Shown: positions 28,750 through 39,720, counted from the first letter of the stretch. The stretch is DNA of 64,000 nucleotides from Eubacteriales bacterium (GCA_045612665.1 JAZKZO010000013.1:4184-68183); one strand, 5' to 3'. Program-made: numbers and translations. The notes: a model not told the origin generated them from the letters alone.

Positions 28750-30456
28750 ATGCTTTATTCCTTACATATTGAAAATATAGCAGTTGCCAAAAGTGTTGAT
28801 ATTGAATTCGAAAACGGTTTTAATGTGCTTACCGGCGAAACTGGTGCGGGTAAATCTATCATTATTGACTCGATAGGTTTGATTTTAGGTGCTAAGGGCT
28901 CGAGGGAGCTTATTCGCCAAGGTAGTGAAAAAGCCATTGTTAATGCGCTATTTTCAAATCCTTCCGAATCGGTATACGCGCTTTGCGATGAATATGGAAT
29001 AGATTATGATAAAGACGATCTTTTTTCAGTGTCGAGATTTATCTCTTCTGACGGAAAAAGCATCGCAAAAATCAATTCCAGAACGGTTCCTCTTGCACAA
29101 CTCAAGGCTATTGGCACATATTTGATTAATATTCACGGTCAAAACGAGAATCACACCTTTATGAATAAGGCTAATCATATACTTCTTTTGGACGAATACG
29201 TTTCTTGCGATGTGCTTGTTGGAGAATATTCGAAGCTTTATTCTAAGCTTGCATCCTTAAAAAATGAAATCGCATCGCTACGCGAGATGAGCAAGCAAAA
29301 GGATATGATGGTTGATATTCTTAATTATCAAGTAAACGAGATTGCGTCGGCTAAATTGAAGGATGAAAACGAAGAGGAGAACCTTTTACAACTTCGCACA
29401 AGACTCAAGAAAGCCGAAAAAATCGTCAAGCAGTCTTCTAACATATACAAGGTGATATGCAAGAATGATAGTGGAATAAGTGCTGTTTATTTGATTGATA
29501 AGGCGATAGAATCTCTTGTAAAGCTTGCTGACGTTCAACCTGAGGCTTCCGAAATGGCCGAAAAGCTTACGTCTTACAAATATGAGATTACTGATATCGC
29601 CGACAGAGCGCGTGAGTTCGGGTCGTTTGGTGGCATAGAAAATCCTGAAGAGGAGCTCCAAAGCATTGAATCAAGGCTTACGCTTATTCAAAAGCTAAAG
29701 AAAAAATATGGCTCTAGTATTCGAGAAATAATAAATTTCAAGATAGATGCTGAAGAAAAACTTAAGAACTTTGAGCGTGGCGAAGAAAAAATTGAGGAAT
29801 TGAGCGCGGAATACAAGAAATTATATCAAAATGCTCTTGATGTTGCCGAAAAGCTACATGAGATTAGAATTAATGGGTCTAAGAGGCTCAGCAAGACTAT
29901 AAAAGAGGCGCTTGAGTTCTTGGATATGCCAAAGGTAATGTTTGAAATTAAGGTTGAAAAAACAGCTTCCTCGGGCAAAACAATGCTATCGTCGCTTGGA
30001 ATGGATGACGTTGAGTTTATGATTGCAACAAATCCGGGTGAAGAGCTTGCACCAATGAGCAAAATTGCATCGGGTGGAGAGCTTTCAAGAATAATGCTAG
30101 CTATGAAGAGTGCAATGTCTGATAAGAATGGTGCTCAAACGGTCATTTTTGATGAAATTGATACAGGTGTATCGGGAAGTACCTCTCAAAAAATTGGAAT
30201 TAAGCTAAAATCAATTGCTTCTAATACTCAAACAATATGTGTAACTCACTCGCCACAAATTGCATCTTTAGCTGATTCTCATTTCTTTATAAAGAAAAAA
30301 GAGATAGATAATCGAGCACAGGCGCAGGTTACGCTTCTTGATGAGGAAGCGCGAATTGCTGAAATTGCAAGAATAATAGGTGGAATAAACGTAACCGATA
30401 AGCAGTTTGCTGCCGCAAGAGAGCTCATTAATCAATCAAAAGGACTTTCTAAATAG
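28750..30456 (+). CDS. recN: DNA repair protein RecN
   Basis: LTGETGAGKS, IHGQ, ASGGELSR, IFDEIDTGVSG, VTHSPQIA. Confidence 0.97.
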   Translation: MLYSLHIENIAVAKSVDIEFENGFNVLTGETGAGKSIIIDSIGLILGAKGSRELIRQGSEKAIVNALFSNPSESVYALCDEYGIDYDKDDLFSVSRFISSDGKSIAKINSRTVPLAQLKAIGTYLINIHGQNENHTFMNKANHILLLDEYVSCDVLVGEYSKLYSKLASLKNEIASLREMSKQKDMMVDILNYQVNEIASAKLKDENEEENLLQLRTRLKKAEKIVKQSSNIYKVICKNDSGISAVYLIDKAIESLVKLADVQPEASEMAEKLTSYKYEITDIADRAREFGSFGGIENPEEELQSIESRLTLIQKLKKKYGSSIREIINFKIDAEEKLKNFERGEEKIEELSAEYKKLYQNALDVAEKLHEIRINGSKRLSKTIKEALEFLDMPKVMFEIKVEKTASSGKTMLSSLGMDDVEFMIATNPGEELAPMSKIASGGELSRIMLAMKSAMSDKNGAQTVIFDEIDTGVSGSTSQKIGIKLKSIASNTQTICVTHSPQIASLADSHFFIKKKEIDNRAQAQVTLLDEEARIAEIARIIGGINVTDKQFAAARELINQSKGLSK

Positions 30457-30510
30457 CTTTAAGTCAAATTTCGCATATACTTTTAGTAAAAAAGTGTTTG
30501 TGGAGTTGAT

Positions 30511-31413
30511 ATGAACGATAAGTTTTTAAAGCTTTTGATTGAGAATGGAATAAAATACGAGCTTGATTATCCTACTAGCAAGTTAAGCTCATTCGAGCTT
30601 GGTGGAAAAACGAAAACGATTCTTTTTCCCAAGGAAATGAATGAGTTTTGTGAAATTTTGTGCTTTTTGAGGCAAAATGATATGAAATTTTACATTGTGG
30701 GGGCTTGTACAAATACATTCTTTTCGGACGAAGGCTTTGAAGGAGTTATTGTTAGCACGAGCTTGTTAAATAAAAGCTTTTGTGAAAATAACACTATTAG
30801 CGCTATGTGTGGGGCGCTTGTTACCGATTTATCCGTTCTCGCTATGAAAAACGGACTTTCTGGCATGGAGTTTTGTTTAGGCATTCCAGGAAGCGTTGGT
30901 GGGGCTATAGCGATGAATGCCAGTGCTTTTGAAAGCACGATGTCCAATATCGTTTTGAAAAGCGAAGTTGTTGATTTGAGATCTGGAAAACGATTTATAA
31001 TTGACAACAAAGAGCATCTTTTTGAAAAAAAGAGCTCCTTGATAACTAAAAATAGAAATTTTGTGCTTTTAAATACGCAATTCATCTTAGAAAGGCAAGA
31101 GAAATCTAGCATATACAACGAGATGAAGCGAATTGCGTTAAAAAGAATGTACTCTCAACCTCTTGACAAGGGAAGCTGTGGTAGTGCATTTAAACGGCCA
31201 TTATGTGGGTATGCTTCTAAAATGATAGATAACGCCGGACTTAAGGGTGAGAAAATTGGGAACGTGGCAATATCGAATAAACATGCCGGATTTATTGTGA
31301 ACTTGGGATGCGGAAATGCTCGAGATGTATTGAAACTTGTCAATAAAACAAAAAAAGAAATTTTAGATAGATTCGGTAGCGTCTTGGAAGAGGAATTTAT
31401 ATTTGTTGAATGA
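30511..31413 (+). CDS. murB: UDP-N-acetylenolpyruvoylglucosamine reductase
   Basis: GMEFCLGIPGSVGGAIAMNA, QPLDKGSCGSAFKRP, ISNKHAGFIVN. Confidence 0.93.
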   Translation: MNDKFLKLLIENGIKYELDYPTSKLSSFELGGKTKTILFPKEMNEFCEILCFLRQNDMKFYIVGACTNTFFSDEGFEGVIVSTSLLNKSFCENNTISAMCGALVTDLSVLAMKNGLSGMEFCLGIPGSVGGAIAMNASAFESTMSNIVLKSEVVDLRSGKRFIIDNKEHLFEKKSSLITKNRNFVLLNTQFILERQEKSSIYNEMKRIALKRMYSQPLDKGSCGSAFKRPLCGYASKMIDNAGLKGEKIGNVAISNKHAGFIVNLGCGNARDVLKLVNKTKKEILDRFGSVLEEEFIFVE

Positions 31414-31420
31414 GGTTTTT

Positions 31421-32281
31421 ATGAGTTCATTTTCAAATACAACTAAAAGAGAATTGCTAGAAATTGGCAAATTGAAAAAGTGTTGTGCGTTTTCGTTTTT
31501 GTATGGATGCTTTTATCTTTTTGATGGTGAAAGTGAGGCGGATTTGTCAAAAAAGACAAATGCCGAAAATGCTAAATACATTGACGATATGCTTGCGTCG
31601 GTGTTGAAAAACAAAGAGGTTAAATATGATGCAAAAAAACGAGAAATGCGCGTAGATAAAGGAGTTGTAAGATATTTTACAATTGCCGAATATAAAGATA
31701 ATATTTTCAAATGCTCGTCTTGTGAGGGATGCTTTTTAAGAGCTGTCTTTTTGATGTGTGGAAGCGTCAATGATCCTGAAAAATCATATCGATTAGAGCT
31801 TGTTTTTGATGAAAAATCAAAAGGCGATGAAATAACCGAGCTTCTTTGCGAGCTTGGATTCATTCCAAAGACAAGCATTAGAAACGGAAAGTATATTATC
31901 TATTTTAGGGATAGCGAGCAAATCGAAAATTTCCTAGCTTTAATAGGTGCTGTAAATGCTACTTTTGCCGTTATGAATAGCAAAATATATAAAGAATTCG
32001 TTAACAATGCCAATCGCGCTGCGAATTGCGATACGGCTAACATAAACAAATCTCTTAAGGCTAACGAAAAGTACATAAGTGCTATTCAATGGCTAATTGA
32101 TACAGGAAGCTTTGATGCTTTATCCGAGCAGTTAAAGGAAACTGCTAACAAGCGCCTAGAGTTCAAGGAGCTTAACTTTGAACAGCTTGGAAAGCGATTT
32201 GAACCGCCGATTTCAAAATCGGGAATGTATCACAGACTTGAAAAAATACTTGAAATCTATAATGAAATAAGAAAATCATAG
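31421..32281 (+). CDS. whiA: WhiA family DNA-binding protein
   Basis: FLRAVFLMCGSVNDPEKSYRLE, NNANRAANCDTAN, ISKSGMYHRL. Confidence 0.93.
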   Translation: MSSFSNTTKRELLEIGKLKKCCAFSFLYGCFYLFDGESEADLSKKTNAENAKYIDDMLASVLKNKEVKYDAKKREMRVDKGVVRYFTIAEYKDNIFKCSSCEGCFLRAVFLMCGSVNDPEKSYRLELVFDEKSKGDEITELLCELGFIPKTSIRNGKYIIYFRDSEQIENFLALIGAVNATFAVMNSKIYKEFVNNANRAANCDTANINKSLKANEKYISAIQWLIDTGSFDALSEQLKETANKRLEFKELNFEQLGKRFEPPISKSGMYHRLEKILEIYNEIRKS

Positions 32282-32295
32282 AAAAGGAGAAAACA

Positions 32296-35200
32296 ATGTC
32301 GGGCTTTGTACATTTACATTTACATAGTGAATACAGTCTTTTAGACGGTGCTTGTAAGATAAAAGAGATACCGAAGGTTGCCAAAAGCTTGGGCCAAGAT
32401 GCCGTTGCCATAACTGACCACGGAAATATGTTCGGCGTTGTTGAGTTCTATAAGGCTTGCAAGGCTGAGGGAATAAAGCCTATTATAGGTTGTGAGGTTT
32501 ACGTTGCACCTGGTAGCCGATTTGAAAGAGCAAGAATAAACGATATTTCATATTCTCATCTTGTTTTGCTTGCAAAAAACGAAATTGGATATAAAAATCT
32601 TTCGTTTTTAGTATCCGCGGGCTTCACTGAGGGCTTTTACGTTAAGCCGAGAGTGGATATAGAGCTTTTAAAGGAGCATTCCGAGGGACTTATATGCTTG
32701 TCCGCATGTCTTTCCGGATTTATACCAAAAAGTATCGTTTTGGGCGATATAAACGGTGCCGAAAAGCATATAAGACTTTTGCAATCCATTTTTGGCAGGG
32801 AAGATTTTTATCTTGAAATGCAAAACCACGGCATAGAAGAGGAATTGGTTGTAAACGATGCACTTTTAAAGTTGGCTAATGATACTAATTCGAAGATTGT
32901 TGCCACAAATGATGTTCATTACCTTAAAAAGGATGATTCTGAAAAGCAGCTTATCCTTATGTCTGTGCAAACTAATACTACAAAATCAAATAACTCTAAT
33001 ATTGCTTTTAAAACAAGCGAATTTTATCTTAAAAATGATGATGAAATGCGATTTGTCTTTAAAACGTGTCCTGAGGCGTGTGATGCTACTTTGGAAATTG
33101 CGGATAAATGTAATTTTGAATTTGATTTTGACAAGATAAGATTGCCTAAATTTCCAATAGAAAACGGTCTTACATCGGAAGAATATTTGAGATCCTTGAC
33201 TTATAAGGGCTTTAAAAGTAAGGTTGATAGCTCGCTTATTTGCTTTTCGGACGAGCATCCGGAGGAGTTATATGAGCAAAGAATTGAATATGAGCTTGAC
33301 GTTATAAATAAAATGGGATACAATGATTACTTTTTGATAGTTTGGGACTTTATAAACTATGCAAAGAGCAATTCTATTCCTGTTGGGCCTGGTAGAGGCT
33401 CGGGTGCGGGAAGTCTTGTAGCATTCCTTTTGGGTATTACGGATGTCGATTCTATTAAATTTGATTTGCTTTTTGAGCGCTTTTTGAACGTTGAAAGAGT
33501 AAGTATGCCTGATATTGATACCGATTTTTGCTATGAGCGCAGAGATGAGGTTATCGAATATGTAAAAAATAAATATGGCGCAGACCACGTGGCCCAAATC
33601 GTTACATTTGGAACAATGGCGGCTAAAGCTGCTATAAGAGACGTTGGACGTGTTTTGGAAATGCCGTATTCACAGATTGATATGATTTCTAAAATGATTC
33701 CTTACGGAGCTACTCTTGCTGAAGCGCTTGAGCAAAATAAGGAACTAAAGAAATTATACGATACGGACGATGACGTTAAAGCATTAATTGACACATCTAT
33801 GTCTATTGAGGGATTGCCAAGACACGCCTCAACCCACGCAGCTGGCGTAGTTATCACAGAGGAGCCTATGTTTGACAGTATTCCTTTGTCTGTAAACGGC
33901 GGAATGGTGGTAACTCAATATGCAAAGGATGCGATTGAACAGCTTGGATTTTTGAAGTTTGACTTTTTGGGGCTTAGATATTTAACAATTATAAGCGATA
34001 CTGAGAAGCTTATAAGAAAGAAAAATCCCAATTTCAACATTGAAAAAATCGATTTTTATGATAAAGACGTGTATAAGCTTTTGTCATCAGGTAAAACGGA
34101 CGGCGTATTTCAACTTGAAAGTGCCGGAATAAAGCAGGTTTTGACACAGCTTCAGCCCGATAGATTCGACGATATCATTGCTTGTATTGCTTTGTATCGT
34201 CCTGGTCCTATGGATTCTATTCCTGACTATATAGAGAGAAGGCATTCGCAGGGCAAAATTCAATATAAATCACCACTTCTTGAGCCGATTTTGCGTTCTA
34301 CCTACGGTTGCATCGTATATCAAGAGCAGGTTATGCAAATGTGCGTTAAAATCGCGGGGTATTCCTATGGACATGCCGATATTGTAAGACGAGCAATGTC
34401 GAAAAAGAAGGCATCCGTTATGGAGCAGGAAAGAAGCGAGTTTATAAACGGAGCTTTGAAAAACGGTATTTCCGAGAGTGTTGCGAACGAGCTTTTTGAG
34501 GAAATGCTTGGATTTGCAAAATACGCCTTTAATAAGAGCCACGCTGTTGCTTATGCAGTAATTGCTTATAGAACGGCTTACCTTAAGGTAAAATATCCAA
34601 AGGAATATTATGCATCTCTTATTACATCGGTGCTTGGAAATATTAGCAAAACAAACGAGTATATTGATGAGTGCGAAAAGCTAAATATTCATGTTTTACC
34701 GCCTGACGTTAATAAGAGCGACGTTAATTTCTCAATCGACGATACAAATATAAGATTTGGACTTTTGGCGCTCAAAAACGTTGGAAGAAGCTTTATTTCC
34801 TCGATCGTTAGAGAAAGAGAACAAAACGGAAGCTATAAATCCTTTGAGGACTTTATTTTCAGACTCAAAAGTGCCGATATCAATAAGCGTCAAATAGAGG
34901 CGCTTATAAAGGCAGGCGCGTTCGATTCTCTTGGCAAAAAGCGATCACAGCTTATGAGCAAGTACGAGGAAATCGTCGATAGTGCTACAAATCTTTCAAG
35001 AACAACTGCTCATGGTCAAACTGACATCTTTTCTATGATGAGCGATGGCTCGGATAAGGATGTTTTACCTCAATTTGAATATCCTGAAATCGAAGAGTTT
35101 TCCAAAAAAGAGCTTCTTATGTTTGAAAAAGAGGTTGCGGGAATATATTTTTCGGGACATATTCTTGATTCTTACAGTAAGCATATATCCAAAATTTCTC

Positions 35201-35763
35201 CTGTTAAAATTATCAATATAACAGGAAATGAGGAAAAGGAAGGTGCTTACAAGGAAAAGGATAAGGTTGTAATAGCCGGAATTATAACGTCTCGCACTGT
35301 TAAGCAAACCAAAAAGAAGGAAAATATGGCGTTTATTAGTCTTGAAGATCCAACAGGAGAAATAGAGGTGATTGTTTTTCCTGCTTTTTATGAAAAGTAT
35401 GCCGATGTGCTTGTGGTTGAAAATATAGTTTCTATTACAGGTACTGTAAGTGTACGCGAGGATGAGCCGTGTAAGGTATTATTGACAAATGCCGAAAATG
35501 TTGTTCAAAACTCGGAATTCACAGAAAAGCAATCAAAATCTACTCCGAAGCTTTATTTGAGGGTAAACTCTATGAATGCGCCTGTTGTAAAGGATATTAC
35601 GAAGCTTTTAAAGGATTTTTCGGGAGATGCTGAAATTATTTTCTATGATTCTCAAACGAAAAAGTATATAAAGGCTACCGAGCTTTCGATTTCCGTGAAC
35701 GAGCAGGTTTTGAGTATATTGAAAGCAATTTTAGGTGAAGAATCGGTAATATATAAGGAATAA
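32296..35763 (+). CDS. dnaE: DNA polymerase III alpha subunit (DnaE type)
   Basis: PHP domain (HLHLHSEYSLLDG, TDHG, TNDVHY), GRGSGAGS, MPDIDTDF, KFDFLGL, YAFNKSHA. Confidence 0.98.
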   Translation: MSGFVHLHLHSEYSLLDGACKIKEIPKVAKSLGQDAVAITDHGNMFGVVEFYKACKAEGIKPIIGCEVYVAPGSRFERARINDISYSHLVLLAKNEIGYKNLSFLVSAGFTEGFYVKPRVDIELLKEHSEGLICLSACLSGFIPKSIVLGDINGAEKHIRLLQSIFGREDFYLEMQNHGIEEELVVNDALLKLANDTNSKIVATNDVHYLKKDDSEKQLILMSVQTNTTKSNNSNIAFKTSEFYLKNDDEMRFVFKTCPEACDATLEIADKCNFEFDFDKIRLPKFPIENGLTSEEYLRSLTYKGFKSKVDSSLICFSDEHPEELYEQRIEYELDVINKMGYNDYFLIVWDFINYAKSNSIPVGPGRGSGAGSLVAFLLGITDVDSIKFDLLFERFLNVERVSMPDIDTDFCYERRDEVIEYVKNKYGADHVAQIVTFGTMAAKAAIRDVGRVLEMPYSQIDMISKMIPYGATLAEALEQNKELKKLYDTDDDVKALIDTSMSIEGLPRHASTHAAGVVITEEPMFDSIPLSVNGGMVVTQYAKDAIEQLGFLKFDFLGLRYLTIISDTEKLIRKKNPNFNIEKIDFYDKDVYKLLSSGKTDGVFQLESAGIKQVLTQLQPDRFDDIIACIALYRPGPMDSIPDYIERRHSQGKIQYKSPLLEPILRSTYGCIVYQEQVMQMCVKIAGYSYGHADIVRRAMSKKKASVMEQERSEFINGALKNGISESVANELFEEMLGFAKYAFNKSHAVAYAVIAYRTAYLKVKYPKEYYASLITSVLGNISKTNEYIDECEKLNIHVLPPDVNKSDVNFSIDDTNIRFGLLALKNVGRSFISSIVREREQNGSYKSFEDFIFRLKSADINKRQIEALIKAGAFDSLGKKRSQLMSKYEEIVDSATNLSRTTAHGQTDIFSMMSDGSDKDVLPQFEYPEIEEFSKKELLMFEKEVAGIYFSGHILDSYSKHISKISPVKIINITGNEEKEGAYKEKDKVVIAGIITSRTVKQTKKKENMAFISLEDPTGEIEVIVFPAFYEKYADVLVVENIVSITGTVSVREDEPCKVLLTNAENVVQNSEFTEKQSKSTPKLYLRVNSMNAPVVKDITKLLKDFSGDAEIIFYDSQTKKYIKATELSISVNEQVLSILKAILGEESVIYKE

Positions 35764-35785
35764 AAATCGGCGAAAGCCGATTTTT
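35762..35785 (+). terminator. Terminator after dnaE
   Basis: aaaaatcggc-gaaa-gccgattttt. Confidence 0.85.
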
Positions 35786-35877
35786 ATTTTTTGAAAAAAG
35801 TGTAATAATGTGAAAAATAAAGTTGAATTTATAAAAGCTACTTTTCGAATAATATTTTTGATGGAAAGGAGTTTTTT

Positions 35878-38097
35878 ATGCAAAAGAAAAAACACGCTAT
35901 TGGCAAAGCAGTGCTTATTAGCACATTAATTCTTGTTTTACTAATTCTTTCCTTTCTTCTTTATGTTTATTTTGGCCTTAGTAAGGAGATAGACTTGTCG
36001 CTTATTAGAACGGGCGGCTCGTCTATTACGAGGGTGTATGCATTCGAAAGAGAAAACGGTATTGTAGACGTGTATAATCCAAAGGAGCTTGAAGAAGAAA
36101 GAATTTTCTATAAAAATAGTGAATGGTGTTCAATTTATGATATGCCAAAAGATCTTATAAATGCTTTTATAGCGGTTGAGGACCATAAATTTTACGAGCA
36201 TAATGGTGTCGATTGGCCAAGGACGGTAAAAGCGACGATGAATTATATTTTCAAGCTTGAAAAATCAAGCTTTGGTGGATCTACAATTACGCAACAGCTT
36301 ATAAAAAATCTCACAGGCGACGATATGGCAACTCCTAAAAGAAAGCTTGAGGAGATTATGAGGGCGATAAATCTTGAAAAGAAGCTTGGAAAAAACGAAA
36401 TATTGGAGCTTTATCTCAATATCGTTTATCTTTCACAAAATGCATATGGCGTACAAAGTGCATCGAGGTTATATTTTGATAAGGACGTAAGAGATTTGTC
36501 CTTGGCAGAGTGTGCAACACTTGCATCTATTGTAAAAAGTCCTGTGAAATATGATCCTTATACAAATCCTGAAAATAACGAGAGCAGGCGCAAAATAATT
36601 CTTGATATGATGCTATCCTATGGAATGGTATCAAAAGAGGAATATGATAAGGCAACAAATGAGATAATTGAGATCGATTCTAAGATTGAGGTCGAGAGAA
36701 CAAGTGGCGTTTATTCATGGTTTACGGAAAAACTAATTGAGGATGTGGCTCACGATTTAATGCAAAAGTATAATTTGAGCTACGAGGGCGCCATTACAAT
36801 GATAAACAAGGGTGGACTTAACATTTATTCTACAGTTGATCCAAGCGTTCAAGAGGCAGTAGATAGGACCTTTGAGAGTTATATCGCATATTTGAAGCCT
36901 CAAAACGGAAAATATCCCGAGGGAGCGTGTGTTGTTTTAGATCCTTATACCTCAGATGTGTTAGCGATTGCCGGTGGAGTTGGAAAAAAGGGTGCAAATA
37001 GGATTTTTAATAGAGCTACTGATGCTAAAAGACCTCTTGGCTCGGTAATAAAGCCGTTATCAGTGTACACGCCCGGAATCGAAAACAAAAATTTCACATA
37101 TGCCACGCCTTATGATGATGCGCCAATTTTCAAAAACGGAGAGCTTTGGCCAAGTAACGCGAGTGGAAATTACTTGGGGCTTATGAGTGTTAATTATGCG
37201 ATTGAACATTCTATAAATACTGTTGCTGTAAAGGCGCTTTTGGATGTTGGAATTAAAGAATCGTTTGATTTTTGTAAAAATAAGCTCGGATTTAATCTTA
37301 AAGAGAGCGACAAAAACGAAGCCCCTCTCGCGCTTGGGCAGTTGACAGATGGAGAGAGTCTTTTAAATGTAACGAATGCGTATTCAATGCTTGCAAACGG
37401 TGGCACATTGGCTAAGCCGAGAAGCTATTATTATGTAACTGACAATTATGGAAATATCCTTTTATCGAACGATTATGAGGGCGAAAGAGTAATTAGCGAG
37501 GATACAGCATCAATTATGAATATAATGCTTAAAAACGTTGTTGAAAACGGTACAGGCAAAGCTATTACTATTAAAGATAAATTCGAAACCTGTGCAAAGA
37601 CGGGCACCTCGGGCGAAAATAAGGACAAATGGTTTGTCGGCTATACACCGTATTATCTTTGTGGAGTTTGGGTTGGATATGATGAGCCTGTGAGCATGAG
37701 TGGTAGTGCAGGATACGCCTCGTCGCTTTTTGATGCGGTTATGACAAGAGTGCACGCGGGAAAGGATGAGAACGCTGAGATTTTTAAATCGAATAACGTG
37801 GTTGTAAGAGAATTTTGCGTTGATTCCGGGAAAATTCCTTCGGATAAGTGCGGATTTGACACAAGACTAAATCGAATTCAAATCGGTTATTTTATCAAGG
37901 GAACAGAACCGACGGAGTTGTGTGATAGACATATAACGATAGAGATTGATATACGAGATGGAACAGTGGCGAAAAAGCACACTAAGGCAATTTATAGACG
38001 AAAAATTTCACTCGTAGATTATGAAAGGGAAGAAGAGCTTGAATATTTAGATATTTTTGACAAAAAGTATCTTTTCAAAGAGCTTTTAGAGAATTAA
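35878..38097 (+). CDS. Class A penicillin-binding protein (PBP1A, transglycosylase-transpeptidase)
   Basis: N-terminal TM; EDHKF, GGSTITQQLIKN, RKLEE, ELYLN; transpeptidase SVIK, SIN, KTGT. Confidence 0.93.
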   Translation: MQKKKHAIGKAVLISTLILVLLILSFLLYVYFGLSKEIDLSLIRTGGSSITRVYAFERENGIVDVYNPKELEEERIFYKNSEWCSIYDMPKDLINAFIAVEDHKFYEHNGVDWPRTVKATMNYIFKLEKSSFGGSTITQQLIKNLTGDDMATPKRKLEEIMRAINLEKKLGKNEILELYLNIVYLSQNAYGVQSASRLYFDKDVRDLSLAECATLASIVKSPVKYDPYTNPENNESRRKIILDMMLSYGMVSKEEYDKATNEIIEIDSKIEVERTSGVYSWFTEKLIEDVAHDLMQKYNLSYEGAITMINKGGLNIYSTVDPSVQEAVDRTFESYIAYLKPQNGKYPEGACVVLDPYTSDVLAIAGGVGKKGANRIFNRATDAKRPLGSVIKPLSVYTPGIENKNFTYATPYDDAPIFKNGELWPSNASGNYLGLMSVNYAIEHSINTVAVKALLDVGIKESFDFCKNKLGFNLKESDKNEAPLALGQLTDGESLLNVTNAYSMLANGGTLAKPRSYYYVTDNYGNILLSNDYEGERVISEDTASIMNIMLKNVVENGTGKAITIKDKFETCAKTGTSGENKDKWFVGYTPYYLCGVWVGYDEPVSMSGSAGYASSLFDAVMTRVHAGKDENAEIFKSNNVVVREFCVDSGKIPSDKCGFDTRLNRIQIGYFIKGTEPTELCDRHITIEIDIRDGTVAKKHTKAIYRRKISLVDYEREEELEYLDIFDKKYLFKELLEN

Positions 38098-38127
38098 ATT
38101 GAAAACCGCCTCATATTTTGTTTTGAG

Positions 38128-38667
38128 GTGGTTTTTTTGAAGAAAATGTCTATATTTTCGAAATTCTTTTCGAGAATAAATAAGGAGTTAAAAACGGTTT
38201 GTACGAAAAGAGCCTTGATTTTGGGCTTGATTTTTTTGGCAATCGGTATTTTGAATTGGATTTTATGCTCGAACGGTGTAAGGGTCGCTTGTTTTTGGCA
38301 GATTCCAAGAACTGCGATGCCTGTTTTTCTTGTGTATTTGCTTTGGGCAATCTCGTATTTCTTGATAGGAGTGCTGATTTCAGCGTGTTTTAACGGTATT
38401 GAGAGATTTAGACGGCATTTGATTTACAAGGATATACTGGTTTTGGTTATAATGCAAGTCTTTTCGTATATTAGCTATTCATTATTTTGGGGAGCAAGTG
38501 CACCTTTTTTGGCGTTTTTGGCCCTTATGATTGCATCCCTTGCGTGCCTTATCGAGATTGTCTCATTGGCGAAATATTTCTCGGTGTGGACAATATTTTT
38601 GTCGATACACCTTATGTGGCTTCTTTATAACGCCTATGTTTCCCTTGCTTTTTCTATAATTAACTAA
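38128..38667 (+). CDS. TspO/MBR-like membrane protein (start may be TTG 38137)
   Basis: Five hydrophobic segments; PRTAMPVFLVYLLWAISYFLIG and HLMWLLYNAYVS resemble the TspO PP..F..W..LY.LMG and YL.W..FA..LN motifs. Confidence 0.6.
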   Translation: MVFLKKMSIFSKFFSRINKELKTVCTKRALILGLIFLAIGILNWILCSNGVRVACFWQIPRTAMPVFLVYLLWAISYFLIGVLISACFNGIERFRRHLIYKDILVLVIMQVFSYISYSLFWGASAPFLAFLALMIASLACLIEIVSLAKYFSVWTIFLSIHLMWLLYNAYVSLAFSIIN

Positions 38668-38736
38668 ATTGTTGACACTAAAATAGAATTGTGTTAATAT
38701 ATAACTATAAAAAACACAACTTGACGGGAGAGTATT

Positions 38737-39720
38737 ATGGAAGAAAAGAAAGTTTGGGGAATTCATACATCAGATGATCACCTTTTTCTTAAAAGTGGCG
38801 TAATTGCCATCGGTTGGGAAAAAATTGGAGATTTATCTAAAATTCCAGCAGACCGTGAATCATTTAAAAAGAAATATGCTGAGGTTTATGATGACGCAAA
38901 GCCACAATCAATTGCAAATAGCGCTGGCATGCTGTTTAGATTTATGCACGAGGCAAAAATTGGAGACTATGTTGTTTATCCATCAAAATTCAATAGAGAA
39001 ATTAATATTGGAATTATCGAAGGGGAATACATCTACGAACCTGCTAATGTTCATTATGTTCAAACAAGAAAAGTTAAATGGTTGAAGAATTATCCTAGAA
39101 CAGCTTTTTCTCAAGGGGCACTTTACGAGGTAGGTTCTTTTTTAACATTCTTCCAATTAAAAAACTATGCGGAAGAGTTTCTATCATCTCTTGATAAGAA
39201 CTTCAAAAAGACTCAAATAGCAGTAGACGATGAAGAAGTTGTTGCTAAAACAGCAGAAGATATTATTGAATCAACAAAAGATTTTATTTTGAAAGAGTTG
39301 AGTAAAAATTTAAAGGGTTATGACTTGGAGACTTTTATAGCAAATCTTTTGGAAGCTATGGGATATCGCACAATGTTATCTCCTCATGGTGGGGATAGTG
39401 GAATTGATATTACTGCTTACAAAGATGAGCTGCCACCAAGAATTTTGGTTCAAGTTAAAAGTGGAGATAGCGATATCAGAGAATCAACTATTCAATCTTT
39501 GAAAGGTGCAATGAGAGAAGGAGACTATGGTTTGTTTGTAACGCTTTCGAATTACACTAAAAATGCACAAAAATACCTTCAAAATACACCGATAATTCGA
39601 GGTATCAATGGCACTGAACTTGTTGAACTTATACTTAAGTATTATGATTTCTTGAATGAAGATTACAAAAAATTAATCCCTCTTAAAAAGGTGTTCATTC
39701 CTATCGCTAAAACTGATTAG
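38737..39720 (+). CDS. Mrr-like (Type IV) restriction endonuclease
   Basis: C-terminal Mrr_cat: LETFIANLLEAMGY, GGDSGID, ILVQVKS, GLFVT, INGTELVEL; no methyltransferase adjacent. Confidence 0.82.
   Translation: MEEKKVWGIHTSDDHLFLKSGVIAIGWEKIGDLSKIPADRESFKKKYAEVYDDAKPQSIANSAGMLFRFMHEAKIGDYVVYPSKFNREINIGIIEGEYIYEPANVHYVQTRKVKWLKNYPRTAFSQGALYEVGSFLTFFQLKNYAEEFLSSLDKNFKKTQIAVDDEEVVAKTAEDIIESTKDFILKELSKNLKGYDLETFIANLLEAMGYRTMLSPHGGDSGIDITAYKDELPPRILVQVKSGDSDIRESTIQSLKGAMREGDYGLFVTLSNYTKNAQKYLQNTPIIRGINGTELVELILKYYDFLNEDYKKLIPLKKVFIPIAKTD

Noticed and set aside
38128-38667. SpoIIM, suggested by position near a dacF-like gene
   Set aside because: The motifs fit TspO/MBR better, and no xerD is adjacent
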